This document shows, piece after piece, positions 58,301-64,000 of a stretch of 64,000 nucleotides of DNA (positions are counted from its first letter, which is position 1; each line of letters opens with the position of its first letter). Both the position numbers and the translations under genes were made by a program. The notes beneath the pieces are model-generated. The model saw only the letters and a list, made by a program, of their open reading frames with translations, had not been told where the DNA came from and ran no database searches. The DNA comes from Candidatus Poseidoniaceae archaeon (GTDB lineage: Archaea > Thermoplasmatota > Poseidoniia > Poseidoniales > Poseidoniaceae): positions 17,802 to 81,801 of the forward strand of contig CASIAP010000001.1 of assembly GCA_949372645.1 (NCBI GenBank). Reading direction: 5' to 3'.

Positions 58301-60400
58301 TCGATTCAAATGGGTCAAAACATATCGGATCAAGTGATTATCTCTGTTCCAAGTCTTGGTGGAGAGCAATCATTGATTCAAGGGGATGTGTTTGACCTCA
58401 CCATCACCGTTCATAATGCCTCCAATCCTGCGATCGAATATTCGAAGAAAATCGTGAGATTATTGGTCCAACCACTTTTCTTAGTTGAATCGTATGATTG
58501 GCCTTCCGTCATGGAATTCAAGCCGAGGTCCGATCGCCAATGGGAAGTGACCTTTACGAATACTGGGAACCAAGATGTAACAGTGAATCTATTGTATGCA
58601 ATTACCCGTCCAGGTCTTAGTAACTTGTCGTTGGACTGGGGAATGAATGCTGGGGCAGCTACACAAATTGTCTTGCCTCGTAATACTCCAGTTGTTCACA
58701 CCTTCGGAGTAATGGGGAATGTTCTCGAGCCTCTCTTGACGACAACCGCTGACCTCACTTTGTATCTTGTTCCAGTTAATACTTCGATCGAAGGGAGTGG
58801 CGAATTCACCACGCAATTGGTAATGTCGAGATTGTTCTCTCCATTTGATATCGATCTTAAGCCCAAACTGGACGATGGCCCAGTTGATATCGACCTCAGC
58901 TACACTCACATACCAATTACTAACGGTTCTAAAGCCACCTATTCACTTGAATTGTGCAAATCTGTACGCCTGAGGGACATCTCAGCTCTTGGACAGAACC
59001 CAATCAATTACTCTTGGAATTTCACTCTTGTCCAAGAAAGAACTGATGCCCCAGCTATCGAGACCCGTCTGAATTTAGAGCAGGAATGTGGTAGTACTTC
59101 GTTTGGTCCGACCTCAAGGTATGTATTCCCCGAAGTTGAACCTTGGAATCCTTCAACCTTTACTATCATCGCCGATATACCGAATCGCGGTAGTATACTT
59201 CCCGGTGATGGATGGGACTTAACGTTCCGTCTGTATCACCTAGATGAGCATTCGAATTATACTCAATACTCAGAAGAGACCTTCACTATTCTCTTGGCAG
59301 TATTTGCCGACCCAGCGATTAACGAGGTCACATCCTCCAATTCCTTTGAAGAGGGAATTGAAAGTGTCATTGATGTTGTTGTTCAAAATATAGGTTCTGC
59401 TAAAGCACTCGACGTAGTAGTTTCTCTGCACTGTGATGGATTGATTGTATCTACCAAAGACGGTGAATCTCCCAATTTGATAACCGGCAGTGTTACTGGC
59501 GGTATTGAAAAAGTCATGATCAAAGAATTTGCTCCTGGTGCCACTCAGACATTACAATGGATTGTCACATCGGAATCGATTGATTGGTGGTCTCAGAGCA
59601 AAGATGCCTCGTGCACTGCAAAGCTCAACGCCTCTTACATGGATGGTAACAACATTGACAATGATGAATTCGTGCTTGAATCGGAAGTGGCTTCTTGGTC
59701 ACCAGGTGTTCAAAATAGTTTCATTGCATGTGTCATCAGCCTACTAGTATCGTTCATCTTATTCCGCCTAACTGCACAAAATGATAATTTCCGTCTCCTT
59801 GGAATTTATGCAGGAGTTATTGGTCTTGGATTCTCTTTCCATATCTTTGCAGAAGCATGGTGGGGCTTTGTGATTCTAGCCCTTTCGGCGATTTGGATTT
59901 GGAGAGTAACTTGGGGGAGTACTGAAGAATTCAGATTACTCCATGAAGATTACCAACGTGCACGAAAAGGTGTATCGACTTTGTATGCCGATCACTTTGA
60001 GGAACTTTCGAACACTCGTCGCCAATTGAGTGTGATCTTAGCTGTGCCAGTTCTTGGTATGCTCGCCATTATTCTGGGAGTAAACCCGAACCAACCAAGA
60101 ATTCCAGTTGACCAAACCAATATCATTAGCCTAGTTGCTTATGTTGGAGTGATAATTCTTGGAGTTTGGGTTCTTATTAAGCGCGCTGATACGATGTATG
60201 GTTCATTGTATGGCCGACTTACTGATATTGAAGTGAAGTCGGTTCGGCTCGAGAGAGATCTCGGCGACCCTGCCCGTTTGTTCAACGAACTCGCAGCTGA
60301 TGGTTTGAACCTCGACGAAATTTTCGGAGATGCGGACCCTTCACGCCCTCTCACTACCGATGCAACTTCTTCGAACGAGGAGGTGAATGACGATGCCTGA
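55298..60400 (+). CDS. Giant CARDB-repeat surface (glyco)protein with C-terminal 4-helix membrane anchor
   Basis: Probable GTG start giving signal peptide MAHLLNIKINQSALATLLVLLFIIPSLSPIVDA; the ORF track opens at 55193. At least five xxxNTGNxxxxF/Y CARDB-like motifs (e.g. FILKNTGTKADGF, ISNTGSVATAF, RFENTGNDAASY, FIRNTGNAPTDF, TFTNTGNQDVTV). Dozens of N-x-S/T sequons. Four TM helices in the last ~250 aa. Confidence 0.7.
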   Translation: MAHLLNIKINQSALATLLVLLFIIPSLSPIVDASDAEEPSTAGRSSLLDFTFGAALQLGGSGSAINNSMMYLEPGTHTITVNTTAEGNGQDRFWLQLQHKGSPLLGFSDVGSPIMMGTITGNGGKQYLPLTSFTWEATPGAGQELQVKIRSDLEAGNELLNNIQPLGIPFSVENLHFGSVVQDDIEEPKSHPNGFTGIMLPNAITNLTATVSNDGVKSISAQMVVTITQLFPVPPTPVTLTLFSNSKSLEPGAYPTTPLSVQESGVLYVELDSTSFAGGSVWEFKAEVNYLGTAWNWTETVESTFVKFSDYNAEVLEPSVLVGEPGETVVMTFILKNTGTKADGFDTDLSQQLNWTMADTGVSSVVPPANTASSVVLVHVTIVIPANASRGDSNKITLNFTSTYGTLNGTNYVINAIGRVMVGDFFNGSVAITKPSNPKTIAPGGSQYFTATISNTGSVATAFTLSAGLSVNALNWTVELSNPTTAYILPGGTNIVQITVSAPPIQSPMVIGSHTMAFESLNVWIQSQPIGGGIPVTDQVPLSVKPIITVDPGLNAEPYVISAEELYAMKSGTQFNHIAELNLRVFNNLPQILTANDIGNVTAIITLNTNFTASNGGGFAEADRWNVSIVNPVYRSDKPEFSDDAEIIIFGPPMNEFPLAGTLSIEVTITSTLSTVLRNAGVEAPSITQIYTIIIPPIVEGSFTQSTIDAGPYDVAVGAANSFGMRFENTGNDAASYRLRVIENLLPQNWSANFSEADTFIENLTSDLADGNMDSVLPEGTPGKSYTHTRVVMFNIQTDPLAPSNSIQPITVRIEDPITGQIIGDEFVFNVIVGQIYNATLSPTNQTFTMTEVQQNFATVFIRNTGNAPTDFSISLDTTDAGNINFEIVKPLNKRLYIAAGFEEEIRIKMTANAGANANDFYMSTIRVTDDLGEIDISANIVANISTQSNYTISAPEQISVTPGMQEKVDYTVTNIGNALGQVQVKYEVENMTLSVDSVYHSIQMGQNISDQVIISVPSLGGEQSLIQGDVFDLTITVHNASNPAIEYSKKIVRLLVQPLFLVESYDWPSVMEFKPRSDRQWEVTFTNTGNQDVTVNLLYAITRPGLSNLSLDWGMNAGAATQIVLPRNTPVVHTFGVMGNVLEPLLTTTADLTLYLVPVNTSIEGSGEFTTQLVMSRLFSPFDIDLKPKLDDGPVDIDLSYTHIPITNGSKATYSLELCKSVRLRDISALGQNPINYSWNFTLVQERTDAPAIETRLNLEQECGSTSFGPTSRYVFPEVEPWNPSTFTIIADIPNRGSILPGDGWDLTFRLYHLDEHSNYTQYSEETFTILLAVFADPAINEVTSSNSFEEGIESVIDVVVQNIGSAKALDVVVSLHCDGLIVSTKDGESPNLITGSVTGGIEKVMIKEFAPGATQTLQWIVTSESIDWWSQSKDASCTAKLNASYMDGNNIDNDEFVLESEVASWSPGVQNSFIACVISLLVSFILFRLTAQNDNFRLLGIYAGVIGLGFSFHIFAEAWWGFVILALSAIWIWRVTWGSTEEFRLLHEDYQRARKGVSTLYADHFEELSNTRRQLSVILAVPVLGMLAIILGVNPNQPRIPVDQTNIISLVAYVGVIILGVWVLIKRADTMYGSLYGRLTDIEVKSVRLERDLGDPARLFNELAADGLNLDEIFGDADPSRPLTTDATSSNEEVNDDA

Positions 60401-61493
60401 TTCTACTTCTTTAGAGAAGAACTCGAGTGAATTGCCTGAATTCCAAGCGGGCATGGATACCCCTCCAACTCCTCCTTCATCGGAAATCCCGCCTCTACCG
60501 CCTTCATCGCAAACCCCACCTCCGCTACCTCCATCGGCTGACTCACAGGCACATGATGAAGCAGCATCGCCTGCTCAGCCAGATGATGAAGCATCGCCTG
60601 CTATGACTGAAGAAGTAATGGCACTGTCTCAACAACTCGAGACGATGGTCATGGGCGTGGCCCAACAAGACACCAATTCATTAGCAGGTACTGAACTTGA
60701 AATTGGTGAAGCAAGACGATTCCTCCATTCGCATAAACTTCGACATGCAATGGCCAGTGTAGCCAAAGCTGAAGCATCACTCATTGAACTCGAAGAAGAT
60801 GTGTTGTATCTTCGACGTAACATTGCTATGTTACATCGCCTGTTAAACGAAAAGAAAGTGAGTGAACGAGATATCGAAACGATCCTTATTCGTCTTCGTA
60901 GCGCCACTGGTGCTGCTGAAATTGGAGATGTGGGTGGTGCAGCAGGAGAAGTTGAATTCCTCGTTGATGATTTGATTGGTGGAAACACATCGACGCTCAA
61001 TCCCTTTTTGTTCCGTCACTTTTGGATGGGCTTAGAAACACGATGGCCTGCTGGCGGTGACGAAGGAGTTCTTGTTGTCCGCATCATCAACGATGGGCCA
61101 GTGGCTATGCCGCCTATGCGTCTTGCTCCTCCCGTCCCTGAGGGTTGGACTTCTACCCCAACTTCAGTTGACCTTCCAACCATTGCACCAGGGGGAAATC
61201 TTCCTGTTCGGTTCAATGTGGCTACGAATCGACGCCAATCCACCGATGAAGTACCGCTCTCGCGTAAACTCGCCATTTCGACCGGTTATGAAATTCGAAC
61301 CGGTGAAGTCTTCCTTACCATTCGGGCTCAGAACCGCTCAATGGAGCCTATCTCGGATGTTCTCCTCTCACCATGGTTCCCACCCGGTTATACCTCTGAT
61401 ACGATTCCTTTTGTGGAGCGACTTGCTCCAGACGAAGTGGCCATCATTCGAATGCCACTTCGTATCAACATGAATTCAGGAGGTCATTCCTGA
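60387..61493 (+). CDS. Cytoplasmic proline-rich / coiled-coil protein with C-terminal beta-sandwich-like domain, encoded between the giant surface protein and the archaellin genes
   Basis: N-terminus TPPTPPSSEIPPLPPSSQTPPPLPPSAD. Predicted coiled coil (ALSQQLETMVMG...LYLRRNIAMLHRLLNEKK). No signal peptide or TM. The start overlaps the upstream gene by 14 nt. Confidence 0.5.
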   Translation: MTMPDSTSLEKNSSELPEFQAGMDTPPTPPSSEIPPLPPSSQTPPPLPPSADSQAHDEAASPAQPDDEASPAMTEEVMALSQQLETMVMGVAQQDTNSLAGTELEIGEARRFLHSHKLRHAMASVAKAEASLIELEEDVLYLRRNIAMLHRLLNEKKVSERDIETILIRLRSATGAAEIGDVGGAAGEVEFLVDDLIGGNTSTLNPFLFRHFWMGLETRWPAGGDEGVLVVRIINDGPVAMPPMRLAPPVPEGWTSTPTSVDLPTIAPGGNLPVRFNVATNRRQSTDEVPLSRKLAISTGYEIRTGEVFLTIRAQNRSMEPISDVLLSPWFPPGYTSDTIPFVERLAPDEVAIIRMPLRINMNSGGHS

Positions 61494-61540
61494 ATCAATC
61501 CTATTCCACCCCTTCTAGGGTGATTATAAAAGGTGAAATT

Positions 61541-62113
61541 ATGAAAGAAAATACAAACGAAAAAAGCGATAATCTCGCAGCGATTGGTATTGGTGCCATG
61601 ATTGTCTTCATCGCACTGATTTTGGTAGCAGCAGTTGCAGCCGCAGTCATTATTCAGACGGCAGAAAAATTACAACAAAATGCTCAAACGACTGGTTCAG
61701 AGACAACAGACATGCTGTCTTCCAAAATCATTGTAATGAGTGTCATTGTTTCTGAAAGTGGAACTGATCCATCACTCTACATCACTTTTGAACTCGCCCC
61801 AGGCTCTGCAGATATCGCTCCAATTAATGTGGATTGGTCCATTATTTGCCCTGAAGGTGCTGCATTCGGCAACTTTAACGCTGCTAGTGCAGTTGGAACA
61901 GATGCTTCTGTTGCGAATGGCAACGGTCTGTTGGTTGCACACACCACTTACACCATGGAAATCGTAACTGGAACGGGGGCGGGTAATCTTAGAGAATGTG
62001 GACCGGCAGCAGATGCCGATCATACTCTGCTGATTCAATCGAAGGCCGGTGGCTTTACGTTTGAAACTTTGAATTATGGCTCAGATATTAGTACAGGATC
62101 GGTGGTCGTATGA
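61541..62113 (+). CDS. flaB1: Archaellin (archaeal flagellin) 1
   Basis: Class III signal peptide followed by the conserved hydrophobic N-terminus AAIGIGAMIVFIALILVAAVAAAVIIQTAEKLQQNAQTTG. The ORF track starts at GTG 61520; ATG 61541 is preferred. Confidence 0.85.
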   Translation: MKENTNEKSDNLAAIGIGAMIVFIALILVAAVAAAVIIQTAEKLQQNAQTTGSETTDMLSSKIIVMSVIVSESGTDPSLYITFELAPGSADIAPINVDWSIICPEGAAFGNFNAASAVGTDASVANGNGLLVAHTTYTMEIVTGTGAGNLRECGPAADADHTLLIQSKAGGFTFETLNYGSDISTGSVVV

Positions 62114-62721
62114 AGACTGAAGCACGAGAGATCCAAGATGACAAGTTTGCAGCGATTGGTATTGGTGCTATGATTGTGTTTATCGCATTGATTTTGGTAG
62201 CAGCAGTTGCCGCCGCAGTCATTATCCAAACCGCAGAAAAACTCCAACAGAATGCGCAAACAACCGGTGAGGACACATCTAAAAATTTGGCAGGAAAACT
62301 CTTGGTCAATGCTGGTTTTGTGTCCACTGGAGAACAGACCGGATTTAACGCTGGAGATTCATACACATTGTATGTTCGTCTTGCACCCGGTAGTAAACCT
62401 GTGAAGATTTCGGAAATTACCTTCCAACTCATGTGTTCAAGTGGCATCATTGAAGGTACATTTGGAACCCCAACCGGCGGACAAATCGCCTTGCTCGACG
62501 ATGGTATCATACTCCAGGGTGCTGTAGAGTTACAACCCGGACAACCTTACGTTCTTTGGATTCTTGCTGTCGGCGGAGGAGCCGATTGCGGACCAGAACA
62601 ACCGACCGTCGATGGTGGTCGAGACACAACGGTTCAACTCTATCTGCATGTAGGGACTGGTGGGACGACTTACGAAGTCCTCACACTTGGTTCAGATGTA
62701 GCAGGCTCAGAGGTGATTTGA
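62110..62721 (+). CDS. flaB2: Archaellin (archaeal flagellin) 2
   Basis: Same conserved N-terminal 40 aa (about 88 percent nt identity with flaB1, mostly synonymous differences). Divergent C-terminal domain. ATGA start/stop overlap with flaB1. Confidence 0.85.
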   Translation: MKTEAREIQDDKFAAIGIGAMIVFIALILVAAVAAAVIIQTAEKLQQNAQTTGEDTSKNLAGKLLVNAGFVSTGEQTGFNAGDSYTLYVRLAPGSKPVKISEITFQLMCSSGIIEGTFGTPTGGQIALLDDGIILQGAVELQPGQPYVLWILAVGGGADCGPEQPTVDGGRDTTVQLYLHVGTGGTTYEVLTLGSDVAGSEVI

Positions 62722-62762
62722 GACATCTTGGCTTCGGCTAAGATTGTTAAGGAGGAATATGT

Positions 62763-63599
62763 ATGGCATGGCCTTTTAGTAAAAATACAAACCAAAACCA
62801 AGATGCAGATGCAGCTCTTACGGAAGAACGCCTCAAAATTATGGCAAATATTGCCATTGAGCAGGTACCTCTTCCAGAAGAAGGAGAACTCAACCCTGAA
62901 GATGCGTGGACTATTAACCCTGGAGTCACCATGGCTCGCCTCAACAGTATAGGTAGTGTACCTACCGTTGCTGCAAGTCTTTCACCCGCTACTGCGGCCC
63001 CTACCCAAGTGAACACAACCGTGGACACTTCTGGGCTTGAGCGACTCATCAGTAATCGTCTTGATATGGTTGAAGATGTCCTACGCATGGTAGAAGTTCG
63101 ATTGAATGAAAGTCCGTCAGGAGCTCAAGGTGAATCGCATCATGAAGGTGATGGTGATCATTCCGCTCTTGGTGGCGATACTATCGTGACGGCTTCTGGT
63201 GAAGTGATTAATGTCCCTGGAACCGACCGAATGATGGGTACAGATGAAGCTCCACTCGTGGAACTGTACGAAGCACAAGCCTTGGCAGCAAATCCATTTT
63301 TACACGCACCTTCCTTTGGTGCGACCGCTGACTCAAATCAAGTCGGTGCACCTACAATTTCTGCCCTCTTGCTCGACAATATGTCGGGTATGGCAGCAGT
63401 GAGTTTTGCCCAAAAAGCAATGGCTTCCGGTATGCTTTCAGACGAGGAAGGTCGAAAGGTACTGGCTATTGTTCAACTTGCAGAACCAGGTCAATCAGAA
63501 GCAGCCCTCGACGATCATTTGACGCACAAGGAGTTGCTCACGTTTTCATCGCTTGTAAGTTCATGGCGAAACGTGAAATCACTTCGAGGTGAAGTCTGA
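62763..63599 (+). CDS. Archaellum-operon protein of unknown function (possibly FlaC/D/E-like accessory protein)
   Basis: Position between the archaellins and a FlaF/G-like gene. Good SD AAGGAGG 7 nt upstream of the ATG. Soluble, acidic, no TM. Confidence 0.3.
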   Translation: MAWPFSKNTNQNQDADAALTEERLKIMANIAIEQVPLPEEGELNPEDAWTINPGVTMARLNSIGSVPTVAASLSPATAAPTQVNTTVDTSGLERLISNRLDMVEDVLRMVEVRLNESPSGAQGESHHEGDGDHSALGGDTIVTASGEVINVPGTDRMMGTDEAPLVELYEAQALAANPFLHAPSFGATADSNQVGAPTISALLLDNMSGMAAVSFAQKAMASGMLSDEEGRKVLAIVQLAEPGQSEAALDDHLTHKELLTFSSLVSSWRNVKSLRGEV

Positions 63600-63600
63600 C

Positions 63601-64000
63601 ATGGGCGCTTCGGTTGGGGTTGGAGGTCTCATTATTGGGATCTCTATGTTGGTGGTCTTTTCTATGGCTGTTACGACATTGAGTAATCAAACGGCTACTT
63701 CAATGGAAGCTTTAGAATCCGCTCAAACTCCCAATCCGATCATCACCATAAATAACGCCAATGTGACCTTATTTGCCGTGAATTCAATACAAGTGACATT
63801 TGGAGGTGCAAGCAACAGTTATGATGCCGGCTTCCTCACATCTGAAAGTTGTGAAGGATTCAATGCGAGTTTTACTGTTGCTACTGGCGTTATTGAAAAC
63901 AATGTCGTCGTTAACAGTGCAGGAAGTTGTCTCGAAGTCCCTACAGACATGGTTGTTGAAAACCAAGCGGATGAAGGTGCAACTTTCCTGGTTGATACCA
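63601..64000 (+). CDS. FlaF/FlaG-family archaellum protein (partial, runs off the window end)
   Basis: N-terminal hydrophobic helix MGASVGVGGLIIGISMLVVFSMAVTTL typical of FlaF/FlaG, then a beta-rich soluble part. Starts 2 nt after the preceding stop. Confidence 0.5.
   Translation, partial: MGASVGVGGLIIGISMLVVFSMAVTTLSNQTATSMEALESAQTPNPIITINNANVTLFAVNSIQVTFGGASNSYDAGFLTSESCEGFNASFTVATGVIENNVVVNSAGSCLEVPTDMVVENQADEGATFLVDT

Noticed and set aside
61520-61540. GTG start at 61520 for flaB1 (MIIKGEIMKEN...)
   Set aside because: The ATG at 61541 gives a short charged signal peptide (MKENTNEKSDNLAA) comparable to the flaB2 N-terminus (MKTEAREIQDDKFAA). The extra 7 codons would overlay the ATTATAAAA TATA-like element.
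1-64000. Mobile elements (IS, integrase, prophage) and rRNA/tRNA genes
   Set aside because: No transposase- or integrase-like ORF, no terminal inverted repeats or target-site duplications, and no long ORF-free stretches; all gaps between the genes called here are under about 120 nt (the largest being 39786-39902 and 54725-54825). The many 60-140 aa ORFs on opposite strands of large genes are treated as shadow ORFs.

Overview
This 64 kb window is a densely coded archaeal chromosome segment. It carries a TATA-binding protein gene, two tandem archaellin genes with class III signal-peptide-like N-termini, lipobox-type signal peptides (LAGCFG / LSGCFG), class I aminoacyl-tRNA synthetases, mevalonate kinase and a fused aconitase-X. 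It is probably an uncultivated euryarchaeon, with an acidic proteome and many giant glycosylatable surface proteins and peptidases; lineage cannot be settled from sequence alone. I call about 45 genes. Housekeeping genes: ccmC plus a fused ccmA-ccmB, rhomboid protease, glmS, a KaiC-like ATPase with a degenerate P-loop, maf, a SepF-like protein, tbp, mevalonate kinase, a membrane-bound HdrD-like Fe-S oxidoreductase, mutY, cysS, trxA, a split HhH + MutS-type ATPase pair, ileS, nadE, trhO, fused AcnX, bcp peroxiredoxin, and a small sugar-modification cluster. The accessory content is more striking. There is a family of giant (0.6-1.7 thousand aa) signal-peptide, single-TM-anchored surface proteins: an S8 subtilase, two PKD-rich paralogs (one frameshifted), an amidohydrolase with a (TTGGTD)n linker, and two CARDB-repeat giants. 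Their cytoplasmic tails carry eukaryote-like interaction motifs: a WW-like Trp domain, a conserved LP[DE]GWTxEQWxHYGxQY motif, PPLP / xPY proline-rich repeats and a C-terminal zinc ribbon. A proline-rich coiled-coil cytoplasmic protein is encoded between one giant protein gene and the archaellum operon (flaB1-flaB2, an accessory gene, a FlaF/G-like gene). No rRNA, tRNA, CRISPR array or transposase was found.
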